Assembly: GCA_022402525.1 (NCBI GenBank)
Contig: JAKRSB010000113.1
Coordinates: 1 to 32,000, forward strand
Source of the DNA: Thermosynechococcaceae cyanobacterium MS004
GTDB lineage: Bacteria > Cyanobacteriota > Cyanobacteriia > Thermosynechococcales > Thermosynechococcaceae
DNA: 32,000 bases
Direction of reading: 5' to 3'
Part shown: positions 7,938-17,554 of the stretch, in pieces
Position numbering within the stretch: the stretch's first letter is position 1
Layout: the number at the start of each line of letters is the position of its first letter
Notes under the pieces: model-generated
The model's input: the letters and a program-made list of their open reading frames with translations, nothing else
What the model was told of the DNA's origin: nothing
Databases searched by the model: none
Program-made: the position numbers and the translations under genes

Positions 7938-8114
7938 CGGCGAATTGCTCAGATCGCTGAGGCAAGCCTGACGACGGCGCGGCGCTGGGAAGTCCTGAAC
8001 AGACATCCGCTATTCACAGGCGGTTGCCCGAATTGTGGTAAGGCGATCGCAGCAGAGATGTTCGTCAACTATGACTGCAAGCAATGTGGCTGGCAGTATG
8101 ACCTCAACCGTTGA
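7938..8114 (+). pseudogene. Fragment encoding a zinc-ribbon-like peptide with no ATG start
   Basis: Own translation: RRIAQIAEASLTTARRWEVLNRHPLFTGGCPNCGKAIAAEMFVNYDCKQCGWQYDLNR*, with CPNC...CKQC; preceded directly by an in-frame TAA (7935-7937). Confidence 0.35.
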
Positions 8115-8203
8115 GGGTCGTGCTGCACAACCAAGGGTATAATCATTTATTCATAAGGGTTTTATGAATTCTCTACACCACCAAGGGGTTGAGCGTACGT
8201 GCT

Positions 8204-8731
8204 ATGACCATAAAGCTATTATTTGTATGCTTGGGCAACATCTGCCGATCGCCATCGGCGGAGGGAATCATGAATCATTTGATTGCGGAGCAGGGTCTGG
8301 GCGATCGCATTCAGTGTGACTCTGCCGGCACCAGCAATTACCATATTGGCGCTGCCCCTGATGCCAGAATGACCCAAGCCGCTCGTGAGTATGGGATTAC
8401 CCTACGCGGCCAGGGGCGTCAGGTGACTTTCTCAGATTTTGAGACCTTTGACTACATTTTGGCCATGGATCAGGCCAACTATCGCACACTCCTTGCCCTG
8501 GATCGGTCTGGAACCTATCAAGACAAGATCCGGCTGATGTGTAGCTTCTGTCAGCAGTTTTCCGATACGGAAGTGCCTGACCCTTACTATGGCGGCTCGG
8601 ACGGGTTTCGGTACGTGGTGGAACTCCTGATGGATGCTTGCGGGGGGCTGCTAGAGCATATTACCCAAACCCATCTGAGTACGGATTTTAGGGCTGCAGA
8701 CTTGAGGGGTGCAGACTCGTCAGGGGCGTAG
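8204..8731 (+). CDS. Low molecular weight protein-tyrosine-phosphatase (track ORF opens at 8189)
   Basis: LLFVCLGNICRSPSAEG (CX5RS P-loop) and DPYYGG motif (VPDPYYGGSDGF). Confidence 0.93.
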   Translation: MTIKLLFVCLGNICRSPSAEGIMNHLIAEQGLGDRIQCDSAGTSNYHIGAAPDARMTQAAREYGITLRGQGRQVTFSDFETFDYILAMDQANYRTLLALDRSGTYQDKIRLMCSFCQQFSDTEVPDPYYGGSDGFRYVVELLMDACGGLLEHITQTHLSTDFRAADLRGADSSGA

Positions 8732-9421
8732 CTCCTCTTCTTTGGGCCGGAGCGTCACGAGCTGGTGCTCCATCGCATAGCGGACGAGATCTGCGCGGTT
8801 GCTGGTTTCCGTGCGCTGCAGCAGGCGACTTACATATTTTTCAACAGTGCGAGGGCTAAGGTTGAGATTGAGTCCAATCTGACGGTTGGATTGCCCCTGG
8901 CACAAGAAGCCTAAGACCTGTAATTCTCGTTCGGATAGCGCTAGGCTATGGGCCGTGATGTGATGAGACTGGGCAGGCGCAGGCTCCAGGTCTGGAACAT
9001 CCGGCGATCGCGTTTGCCAGTCTGATTGCATCATTTGGGTTTGCATCATTTGGTGACGGTCTAGGAGATTACGCACGATCGCCGACAGCTCAGATAAGTC
9101 AAACGGTTTTGCCACGTAAGCGTCACAGCCCAGTCGATACCCACGCACCCGATCTTCCACCTGCCCGCGCGCGGTCAAAAAAATCACGGGCAGGAGCCGA
9201 TAGGCAGGCAGCATCCGCACCTTACGCACCAGCTCGTAGCCGTCCATCCGGGGCAGCGAAATATCTGCAATCATGAGGTGGGGATGGTAAAGATAAATCA
9301 AATCAAACGCTTCCTCAGCATTGGGAGCCGCAAGCACCGCATAGCCTTCTACCTCAAAATGATCCGTCAGCGCTAGCGCAATGGCTGGATCGTCTTCAAC
9401 AATTAGGACGGTTAAGGGCAT
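8720..9421 (-). CDS. Response regulator, receiver domain plus LuxR/NarL-type HTH
   Basis: LIVEDDPAIALALTDHF, LMIADISLPRMDGYEL, AKPFDLSEL receiver motifs; LSERELQVLGFLCQGQSNRQIGLNLNLSPRTVEKYVSRLLQRTETSNRADLVRYA. Confidence 0.93.
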   Translation of the reverse strand: MPLTVLIVEDDPAIALALTDHFEVEGYAVLAAPNAEEAFDLIYLYHPHLMIADISLPRMDGYELVRKVRMLPAYRLLPVIFLTARGQVEDRVRGYRLGCDAYVAKPFDLSELSAIVRNLLDRHQMMQTQMMQSDWQTRSPDVPDLEPAPAQSHHITAHSLALSERELQVLGFLCQGQSNRQIGLNLNLSPRTVEKYVSRLLQRTETSNRADLVRYAMEHQLVTLRPKEEELRP

Positions 9422-9696
9422 GGGGCTAAGGTTCAGAATCTTTCCCCATCATAGGAACACATGCCCTCTCTCTTGCAAACAAGCATTCCTCATGAAGAGA
9501 ACTCATGAAGAAACCTCATGAAGAAGCTCAACCCAGAAATGGCTCAACCCAGAAATGGCTCTCGGAACCGTTGAAGGATAAAGCAATAGACCAATGAACG
9601 AAGCAGCCCAAGAAAAGCTAGAAAAGCGAGAAAGGTTTAAGGGTCTCAAAACGCTATGGTTGGGGTAGCCATTTTCGTCCTTCGGATTGTTCGCCC

Positions 9697-10668
9697 GTGG
9701 ATCGACCGACCTATTCCTTCGTGATTCCGCTCTATAACGAAGCAGAAACCCTCCCCGAACTCTACCGCCAGCTCACCCATCTCTTTGAGGCACTGGAGGG
9801 TGAGGTGGAGCTAATTTTGGTGGATGACGGGAGCCACGATCGCTCTCTGGAAATTTTGCGATCGCTCCAGAGCCGTGACGCGCGAGTCCGATATGTGAGC
9901 CTAGGTCGTAACTTTGGCCATCAGATTGCCCTCTCGGCAGGGCTCCAGTTTGTCACGGGAAAAGCCATTATCGTCATGGATGCCGACCTCCAGGATCCAC
10001 CAGAGGTCGTCTTAAAGCTGATTGAGAAATGGCAAGAAGGTTACGAAGTTGTCTATGCCCAACGCATTAGCCGTTCTCAAGAAAGCTGGCTGAAGCGAGG
10101 GCTGGCCTTTGGGTTCTATCGTCTCCTACAGCAGCTATCCGATGTCAATATCCCCGCCGACACAGGAGACTTTTGCCTAATGGATGAGGCCGTGGTAGCG
10201 GTCTTAACCCACATGCCAGAGCGGAACCGCTATATTCGTGGACTGAGAGCTTGGGTCGGGTTTCGGCAAATTGCGGTACCCTTTGACCGTCCTGGTCGCT
10301 ATGCGGGTTCGGTGAAGTACACCTTTCGTAAATCCTTTGGGCTGGCGCTCAACAGCATTTTAGGGTTTTCCAAAGTACCCCTGCGCCTCTCCACCTACCT
10401 AGGACTATTCTCGGCAGGCTTTGCAGGGCTGATGATGGCGCTCACCCTCTACTGGCGCATTTTTCAAACGTCTACCTCGGCCCATCGGCTAGAGGGCTTC
10501 ACCCTCATTACGATCGCCATTTTTTTCTTGGGCGCAGTGCAGCTAATTTGTATGGGCATTTTAGGGGAATACATTGGCCGCATCTATGAAGAGGTTAAGG
10601 GCCGCCCTCTCTATACGGTCAGAGAGCTTGGCGGCATTCCCAAAGATCGCGGAAGCCTCCCATCATAG
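9697..10668 (+). CDS. Glycosyltransferase family 2 (DPM1/GtrB-like) with two C-terminal TM segments
   Basis: [46 protein letters not shown]-term [31 protein letters not shown]. Confidence 0.93.
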   Translation: MDRPTYSFVIPLYNEAETLPELYRQLTHLFEALEGEVELILVDDGSHDRSLEILRSLQSRDARVRYVSLGRNFGHQIALSAGLQFVTGKAIIVMDADLQDPPEVVLKLIEKWQEGYEVVYAQRISRSQESWLKRGLAFGFYRLLQQLSDVNIPADTGDFCLMDEAVVAVLTHMPERNRYIRGLRAWVGFRQIAVPFDRPGRYAGSVKYTFRKSFGLALNSILGFSKVPLRLSTYLGLFSAGFAGLMMALTLYWRIFQTSTSAHRLEGFTLITIAIFFLGAVQLICMGILGEYIGRIYEEVKGRPLYTVRELGGIPKDRGSLPS

Positions 10669-10841
10669 GATGAGAACAAAGATAGGGTTAGGAGAAAGGG
10701 CTAGGAAAAAGGGTTAGGAGAAAGGGCTAGGCAGGAGTAAGCATTGAAAACACTTACCATAGTCATAGCAGTCTGTTGATTGAAGGCTGTTCCTAGAAGT
10801 TTTTCCGACGACTACGCCTAGAAAATAATCCAGCAACGAGT

Positions 10842-11552
10842 ATGGCTCCAGAAGAACAAATTAGCTTATTTGGCTCCCTGGAGCCGTCCATCAGCCCTGC
10901 TTCAAGTGCGGTTCCAGCTCATTTCGATCCAGCATTAATTCCAACCAGTGCCAAGGTGCCCATTCCAGTGGGGACCTATGGCTCCATTGATGAAATGGTG
11001 CCCCACTGCACCACCTGTCATCGCTGTGAATTGGGGCAGTCCCGAATTAATTCCGTCATTGGTCGCGGCAATCCTCAAGCGCCCATTTTAGTCATCGGGG
11101 AAGGGCCTGGGCAGAACGAAGACGAAACGGGTCTTCCGTTCGTGGGCAGGGCGGGGCAGCTCTTGGAGAAAATTCTGGCATCGGTGAAACTGAGCGCTGA
11201 GCAAGATGTCTATCTCTGCAATATCGTGAAGTGTCGCCCCCCCGGGAACCGAACACCGACAGCCGATGAGTCGGATGCCTGTAAGCCCTATGTCCTAGAG
11301 CAAATTCGTCTGGTGAACCCTAAGATTATTTTGTTGACAGGGGCAACGGCGGTGCGGGGGCTGACCGGGGACAAGCGCGGCATTACAAAAATTCGCGGTC
11401 AGTGGATAGACTGGCAGGGCTATCTCTGTATGCCCATCCTGCATCCCGCCTATCTGCTCAGAAACCCCTCCAAGGAGCCAAATAGCCCAAAATGGCTGAT
11501 GTGGCAAGATATTAAGGCCATCCGCGTTAAGCTGGACGAGCTTACGGCCTAG
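10842..11552 (+). CDS. Uracil-DNA glycosylase, type/family 4 (4Fe-4S)
   Basis: CTTCHRCELG, GEGPGQNEDETGLPFVGRAGQLLEKIL, CNIVKCRPPGNRTPTADESDAC, HPAYLLRNP. Confidence 0.95.
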   Translation: MAPEEQISLFGSLEPSISPASSAVPAHFDPALIPTSAKVPIPVGTYGSIDEMVPHCTTCHRCELGQSRINSVIGRGNPQAPILVIGEGPGQNEDETGLPFVGRAGQLLEKILASVKLSAEQDVYLCNIVKCRPPGNRTPTADESDACKPYVLEQIRLVNPKIILLTGATAVRGLTGDKRGITKIRGQWIDWQGYLCMPILHPAYLLRNPSKEPNSPKWLMWQDIKAIRVKLDELTA

Positions 11553-11721
11553 CGGGTAAGGTCTTACTCCGTCAGTCAAGGTGTGCAGTCAAGGTGTCCA
11601 ATCAAGCTGTCCAATCAAAGGATCTTTGGTACGATTGAATCCTTTGTTTGTGTCTTTTGCGGGCATTTCGTTGTCAATCATCATTGCTTGAGTTCATTAG
11701 TTTTAGTTCATTAGTTTTAGT

Positions 11722-12777
11722 ATGAATGAACAATTTAACAGCGGGCTAACGGTTTTTTTAAGCCTAATTGTGGAGGCCATTCCCTTTTTGCTGATGGGGG
11801 TATTTGTCTCTAGTGTGCTACTGCTGTTTGTGGATGAGCGCCGCTTGATTGAGCTGATGCCCAAAAATCCGCTGATGGGGGCATTAGCGGGAGGAATCTT
11901 GGGGTTTCTGTTTCCGGTCTGTGAGTGCGGCAATGTACCTGTGGCGCGTCGGTTGCTGGTGCAGGGGGTACCCATTCCTGTGGCCATTAGCTTTTTGCTA
12001 GCGGCACCGACCATTAATCCTGTAGTAATCTGGGCGACCTGGACGGCTTTTCGCGATCAGCCTGAGATTGTGGTGCTGCGGGTGATATTTTCTTTGGTGA
12101 TCGCCATTATTGTGGGCTGTGTTTTTAGCGTACAGTCAGACTTTCGCCCCTTTTTGCAGCCTTCCCTTACTCGATGGATGCCCGATCCGGCTCCGTGCAG
12201 CATCTCGGATACGCCTGCTTTACTCCAGTCCGGTACGTTTTTGCTCGACCAGCCCGGTCAGCCCATTGCGCTGAATGCTTCCTTTGCCGCTGCTGCATTA
12301 AATGCGCCTCAAGGTTCCTTTAGTCCTCCAGGTTTACCTAGACAGAAACGTGGAGCGCTAGCGATTCTGCGCGATCGCCTGCCCCTACTGCTGGAGAATA
12401 TGGTCAAAGAGCTGCGGGAGCTGGGAGGTATTCTAGTCCTCGGTAGCCTGCTTGCTGCAATTATTCAGGTTGCTGTCCCGCGCGAATGGATTTTAAGCAT
12501 TGGTCAAGGCTCCGTCACCTCCGTGCTTGCGATGCTAATCTTGGGCGGCGTCATTTCAATTTGCTCCACCGTGGATGCATTCTTTGCCCTATCCTTTGCC
12601 TCCACCTTTACAAGTGGGGCACTGCTGGCCTTTTTGGTCTTTGGCCCAATGTTTGATCTCAAAAGCCTAGGGCTAATGCTGACCGTCTTTCGGCCGCGTG
12701 CGGTCGTTTATATGGTGGGGCTTATTGTACAGCTCACCCTAATTTTGACGCTGTTTGTGAACCTGCATGTGAGTTAA
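11722..12777 (+). CDS. Permease, DUF318/ArsP-like family
   Basis: Multi-TM; VCECGNVPVARRLLVQGVPIPVAISFLLAAPTINPVV and second repeat ISICSTVDAFFALSF. Confidence 0.88.
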   Translation: MNEQFNSGLTVFLSLIVEAIPFLLMGVFVSSVLLLFVDERRLIELMPKNPLMGALAGGILGFLFPVCECGNVPVARRLLVQGVPIPVAISFLLAAPTINPVVIWATWTAFRDQPEIVVLRVIFSLVIAIIVGCVFSVQSDFRPFLQPSLTRWMPDPAPCSISDTPALLQSGTFLLDQPGQPIALNASFAAAALNAPQGSFSPPGLPRQKRGALAILRDRLPLLLENMVKELRELGGILVLGSLLAAIIQVAVPREWILSIGQGSVTSVLAMLILGGVISICSTVDAFFALSFASTFTSGALLAFLVFGPMFDLKSLGLMLTVFRPRAVVYMVGLIVQLTLILTLFVNLHVS

Positions 12778-13481
12778 GCTGCCCTTTTTAGGGCTTCAAT
12801 ATCTGCCGACACAATCTTATCCAGGTTGTTTGTAATCTTTTCAATTTCCCAATTCCACCAAGCGATTTCCAGTAAGGATTGGATGACCTTATCCTCAAAA
12901 CGCTGACGGATGCACTGAGCTGGATTGCCGCCAAAAATGCTGTAGGGCGGGACATTGCTCACGACGACTGATTTTGCTGCAATGATTGCCCCATCGCCCA
13001 CCTGAACCCCTGGCATCATGACAGATTCATAACCAATCCACACATCGTTGCCGACGACTGTATTGCCTTTGTAGGGAAGCTTTTCGAGCGGAGGGTCTAC
13101 TTTTTCCCAGCCGTTGCCGAAGATCTGAAAGGGATAGGTTGAAAACCCATCTAGCTGATGATTCGCGCCATTCATAATAAACTTTATGCCTCTTGCTAAA
13201 GCACAAAATTTCCCAATGATGAGCTGATCGCCAACAAATGGAAAGTGATATAAAACGTTGCGCTCAAAGTCTTCCGAGTCTTCTGGATCGTCGTAATAGG
13301 TATAGTCCCCAATGATGATATTAGGATTCGATACGGTATTTTGAATGAAGCAGATTTGCGGGAATCCCTTCATCGGGTGCTTATCTTTTGGATCAGCTCC
13401 GAACACAGTAGCCTCCAGCTTCCATAAATGCTTTATTTCCGCATCATAACGGTGAAAGCCAGCGGCGGCAGATGATTTCAA
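12774..13481 (-). CDS. CatB/Vat-like O-acetyltransferase (hexapeptide-repeat, LbH fold)
   Basis: IGDYTYYDDPEDSEDFERNVLYHFPFVGDQLIIGKFCALARGIKFIMNGANHQLDGFSTYPF, GNDVWIGYESVMMPGVQVGDGAIIAAKSVV. Confidence 0.9.
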   Translation of the reverse strand: MKSSAAAGFHRYDAEIKHLWKLEATVFGADPKDKHPMKGFPQICFIQNTVSNPNIIIGDYTYYDDPEDSEDFERNVLYHFPFVGDQLIIGKFCALARGIKFIMNGANHQLDGFSTYPFQIFGNGWEKVDPPLEKLPYKGNTVVGNDVWIGYESVMMPGVQVGDGAIIAAKSVVVSNVPPYSIFGGNPAQCIRQRFEDKVIQSLLEIAWWNWEIEKITNNLDKIVSADIEALKRAA

Positions 13482-13577
13482 ACTCTCACCGATAACCTGT
13501 GCTTCGTCCGCATCAACGCAGGGTTCAGCAGGGTTCGACGGTTGACGCTACTTTCAGGCAAAACGGTGGGATCAGAA

Positions 13578-13602
13578 TACTTGCTTGTATAGCTTGCAAG
13601 TA
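13578..13602. promoter_or_regulatory. Candidate operator: 7-bp inverted repeat TACTTGC-N11-GCAAGTA upstream of the methyltransferase
   Basis: TACTTGC at 13578-13584 and GCAAGTA at 13596-13602, 53 nt upstream of ATG 13656. Confidence 0.3.
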
Positions 13603-13655
13603 GATTTTTTAGACAGTAATATAGGGTACCTAGTTTTAGTTTCGCTTCCGAAATA

Positions 13656-15086
13656 ATGTCTACCCAATACCTTTCTGTGAAAGAAAGCTCTGAAATTCTC
13701 AACTGTTCAGAGCAGTACGTTCGCCAACTACTCCGGCATGGTGAAATCAGCGGCGAAAGGATTAGCAGCCGCTGGATTGTAGCATCAGAGTCTGTGCATG
13801 AGTACCGTTGTAAGGGAGAGGATGCCAATCTAGGCGTTCCCGATCATGGGCGACGATCCTTCAGTAAACCAGACTTCAAAGCCTTAAGTTTTTTCTCTGG
13901 CTGCATGGGTCTAGACTTGGGACTAGAAAAAGAAGGAATCAAGGTATTGCTTGCCTGCGAGATTGATGCAGCCGCACGAAAAACAATAGAGACGAATCGG
14001 CCGGATATGGCTCTGATTGGTGATATTAGGGACTATTCAGCGATAGAAATTCGAGAAAAAGCAGGGTTGAGTTCGACCGATGAGATTGATGTCATTGTTG
14101 GTGGTCCGCCATGCCAAGCTTTTAGCAGTGCAGGTAAACGTCAAGGATTCAATGATGATCGCGGCAATGTCTTTTTAACATTCATCGATTTAATCACTGA
14201 ACTTAAACCCAGATTTGCCGTAATTGAAAATGTTCGAGGATTACTATCGGCTCCACTGAAGCACAGACCCCATGAAATGAGAGGGAAGAATTTTCCATCC
14301 TTATCTCAGGATGAACAACGAGGAGGGGCACTGCTTTTTATTACCCGAAGACTCAAGCAGGCAGGATATAGTATTTCGTTTAACTTATACAATTCCGCTA
14401 ATTTTGGATCACCTCAACAGCGAGAAAGAGTTGTTATTACTTGTAGCCGTGATGGCGAAAAACTTCCCTATCTTATGCCAACTCATGCTGAGAAAGGTTT
14501 GTATGGGCTTCCACAATGGCGGACATTGAGAGAAGCTCTGGAAGGACTGCCCAAAGACGGACATCATTTTGTCAAGTTTCCTGAGAAGCGACTCAAATAC
14601 TACAAGCTTCTGAAATCTGGGCAATATTGGCGAGATTTGCCAGCAGAGTTACACCAAGAGGCGCTTGGGGCTTCGTATCATGCAGGAGGTGGAAAAACTG
14701 GTTTTTATCGGAGGTTAGCTTGGGATAAACCTTCTCCAACACTGGTCACTCATCCAGCCATGCCCGCAACCGATCTGGCACATCCAGAAGAGGATAGACC
14801 ACTCAGTATTGAAGAGTACAAGCGCATCCAAGAGTTTCCTGATGATTGGGCGATCGCGGGAAGTTTACTGGATCAGTATCGGCAAGTTGGAAATGCTGTG
14901 CCCTGTTCTCTGGGAAGGGCGATCGCTAGGATGTTGTTAACTCATCGTTCGGGGGAAACACCGATCATCTATCCAGACTTTCCCTACTCGCGTTATCACA
15001 AGACAGATGATGTAAGTTGGACGATTGAAACTTTAGGTGATCTTGAAGAATCCTCGGAAACACAGCTTTCTTTGAATTTAGTTTGA
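13656..15086 (+). CDS. DNA (cytosine-5) methyltransferase with N-terminal excisionase/MerR-type HTH
   Basis: HTH: LSVKESSEILNCSEQYVRQLLRHGEISGERISSRWIVASESVHEYR. MTase motifs: FSGCMGLDLGLEKEG (I), GGPPCQAFSSAGKRQGFNDDRGNVF (IV), ENVRGLL (VI), QQRERVV (VIII), RQVGNAVP (X). Confidence 0.95.
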   Translation: MSTQYLSVKESSEILNCSEQYVRQLLRHGEISGERISSRWIVASESVHEYRCKGEDANLGVPDHGRRSFSKPDFKALSFFSGCMGLDLGLEKEGIKVLLACEIDAAARKTIETNRPDMALIGDIRDYSAIEIREKAGLSSTDEIDVIVGGPPCQAFSSAGKRQGFNDDRGNVFLTFIDLITELKPRFAVIENVRGLLSAPLKHRPHEMRGKNFPSLSQDEQRGGALLFITRRLKQAGYSISFNLYNSANFGSPQQRERVVITCSRDGEKLPYLMPTHAEKGLYGLPQWRTLREALEGLPKDGHHFVKFPEKRLKYYKLLKSGQYWRDLPAELHQEALGASYHAGGGKTGFYRRLAWDKPSPTLVTHPAMPATDLAHPEEDRPLSIEEYKRIQEFPDDWAIAGSLLDQYRQVGNAVPCSLGRAIARMLLTHRSGETPIIYPDFPYSRYHKTDDVSWTIETLGDLEESSETQLSLNLV

Positions 15087-15830
15087 CGGCTCAGACAAAA
15101 ATTGCCAAGGATTGTTTACCTCCACCGCTAAAGCATGTGGATTTTCTGTCAAAATCTGCTGAACAAACATGGCAAAGTTTTCTTCGGAAAAACGAGTCGT
15201 TCCATACTTATCATTGAAGTAAGACCATCGATATGATCCTGTCCTAGCATCAACTCTGTACCACTTTTCGATGGGTTGGCTGATTCTAACCCTAGAAGAC
15301 GAGCTATTTTCTGAATTACTGCGGTTTTTCACCTGAAAGAGAGAACCATCAACATTACAAAAATCGACATGGCGAACGGACTCGCCCCAGCAGCAATACC
15401 AGCCATATTCATCTAACTGTTCAGCCAGAAATTCTTCGAGGAGTAATCCCTGAATATTTTCGGCTGACATGGACAGCCTGTGAGCATACTGGATCTGCTC
15501 AAGATGATCTGATGTTAACCGTGTCAATCTGGCATTGATGATTGTATTAACAATTGGATCAGCAACTGTTTTTGGTGGTTGCGAGATTCGTCTTGAAATT
15601 CTGTTCTCATAGCTATCACTGTACTTTTTCAGCCAAGACTGAGCTAAGTCTTCCAGCGTAGTGCCTTTCAGGGCTGGAGAAAGCCCTGGATTTCTGTAAC
15701 AGGCAGTTAAAATCGTGCGATGAGCTTCTAGGAATGGCTGGCCATGCTGGGAAAAAGCATTTTGAAAGATTTGTAAAAATAGTTCTTCAGAACTAGATGT
15801 ACTAATGATTTCATCAAATGTAACAGACAT
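15078..15830 (-). CDS. Type II restriction endonuclease, probably SinI/AvaII-like family
   Basis: Convergent partner overlapping the MTase stop by 9 nt; VDFCNVDGSLFQVKNRSNSENSSSSRVR contains D...QVK compatible with a PD-(D/E)XK core. Confidence 0.7.
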   Translation of the reverse strand: MSVTFDEIISTSSSEELFLQIFQNAFSQHGQPFLEAHRTILTACYRNPGLSPALKGTTLEDLAQSWLKKYSDSYENRISRRISQPPKTVADPIVNTIINARLTRLTSDHLEQIQYAHRLSMSAENIQGLLLEEFLAEQLDEYGWYCCWGESVRHVDFCNVDGSLFQVKNRSNSENSSSSRVRISQPIEKWYRVDARTGSYRWSYFNDKYGTTRFSEENFAMFVQQILTENPHALAVEVNNPWQFLSEPSN

Positions 15831-16081
15831 AAAAATTTTCTTTATTCAGGCAAGAAAATTACGAATCAGAAATGCTCAGATTGTATGTCATAATGCTCGT
15901 TCTGCACATTGATTCAGATAGAAAAAATCTTGCAAATGACAGATTAAGCTCTCAACTACTTGACTAACGGCTTGGGCGTCAGTGGTGGCAAGTGCTTTCG
16001 AGTCATTGCCAGAGCGTTGAAGCCATCCGCTGCGCGCACTGGCTAGATATTTCATAGAGTAAGCTCAATGTGATTGTCAAT

Positions 16082-17005
16082 TTATTCGGGAATGTCTTCA
16101 GGAGCAATTGTAATTAGCATTTCTTTGCTAACTTTAGAGAGTTTAGACAACCTGTTTGCCTGTTTCTCAACAGTTTTGTCAAAAATATTTCTAACTAGCC
16201 TACCATTCCCAAATCTGCTATCTCGATTTTCGTACAAAAGCGTCATTTTTTTGAGTAAGACATCTCTAGATTGCTCAGCCAAACTCAAATAACTTTGCTC
16301 ACAAATTTTATCAAAAATCATCAATAATTCATCAGGATTATAGTCTTGAAAATTAAAGTATCGATTAAAACGTGATTGCAAACCAGGGTTGGCATTGATG
16401 AAACGTGACATTTCTTCAGTATAGCCAGCAACGATGACCACTAACTTGTCTTTGTAGTCTTCCATTCTTTTAAGCAAAGTATCAATTGCTTCCTGTCCGA
16501 AATCTTTGGAAGCAGAAGTTTCGGATGCCAATGTGTAAGCTTCATCAATAAACAGGACACCATCTAAAGCTGACTCAACTACCTTATCTACCTTAATTGC
16601 TGTTTGACCAATGTAGCCTGCAACCAAGCCTGACCGATCTGTTTCAACAACATGTCCTTTTGAAAGTACACCCAACTGTTTGTATATTTCACCCATTAAA
16701 CGAGCAATTGTCGTCTTACCCGTACCAGGTGGCCCACAGAAAACGGAGTGCAAAGTAACAGAAACACTTGGCAAATTCTCTAATTCTCTCATTTTCTGAA
16801 TCTTCAAAAAGTTAATGAGAGTGTGAATGTCATCCTTCACATCCTGCATTCCTACTAAGTGGCTGAGCTTATCGGAAATATCGGCTAAATCATTAGATGA
16901 GCTATCAAGGCTACCTGGCATTTTGCTTCCAGAGCGCTTTAGCTCATCTTTCATTCGTTGTAATTCAGCTTCAATTCTATAGCTATGCCAGGAGTTATTT
17001 AGCAT
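16082..17005 (-). CDS. AAA+ ATPase, CbbX/SpoVK-like
   Basis: LVGMQDVKDDIHTLINF, Walker A FCGPPGTGKTTIARLMGEIY, GYIGQTA, Walker B GVLFIDEAYTLA, FNFQDYNPDELLMIF, GNGRLVRNIFDKTVEKQANRLSK. Confidence 0.92.
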   Translation of the reverse strand: MLNNSWHSYRIEAELQRMKDELKRSGSKMPGSLDSSSNDLADISDKLSHLVGMQDVKDDIHTLINFLKIQKMRELENLPSVSVTLHSVFCGPPGTGKTTIARLMGEIYKQLGVLSKGHVVETDRSGLVAGYIGQTAIKVDKVVESALDGVLFIDEAYTLASETSASKDFGQEAIDTLLKRMEDYKDKLVVIVAGYTEEMSRFINANPGLQSRFNRYFNFQDYNPDELLMIFDKICEQSYLSLAEQSRDVLLKKMTLLYENRDSRFGNGRLVRNIFDKTVEKQANRLSKLSKVSKEMLITIAPEDIPE

Positions 17006-17554
17006 GTTTTTTCTTTGATTACTGATAACTGCAATTCATAGAATGCTTTTTTTGAGCAAAGATGCCAGTCCACTAATGTTATCGTTTTTTTGTAAGCGAA
17101 ATTTAATCAACATCTAGTGATCTTTTCTAAGATTCTTCTGATATCTAGTTATATGTAGAATTCAAAATGGATTCCATGTTATTTTAATAATTGTTCATAG
17201 CACTATGAGTATATAAAATTTCACATTATACTAATCTTTTGCTTTTAAGAGGTATGTCTTAAAAGCTTAAAGATAGAAGCCTTACTTATCAACTTTCATC
17301 GTTTCTGCACGTCAGTATTTTTGAACTTTTTCTTTATCAGAATGAAATGATCTTAGGCTGCACAATATCATTCTAACTGACAAAAATTGGATCTTATCCT
17401 TGCAATACAGCAGTTTGCTGTGATGAGCGGGCAGTCTAATGAGTTCTAGATTTCAGGAGCGTTTAGGAAAAAAAGATTTTGTGAATTTAGACGTCCTTAA
17501 ATACTGCCGCTCTAGAGCCGCGCCCAAAGACAATCTGGGATGTGTTGGGTGAAT

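Noticed and set aside
13478-13828. Minus-strand 116-aa ORF between the acetyltransferase and methyltransferase
   Set aside because: Overlaps the MTase N-terminal HTH coding sequence and has no recognisable motif; likely spurious.
16082-17005. Naming the AAA+ gene cbbX (rubisco activase)
   Set aside because: No rubisco genes are visible nearby and the family includes SpoVK/EccA-like proteins; only the family level is supportable.
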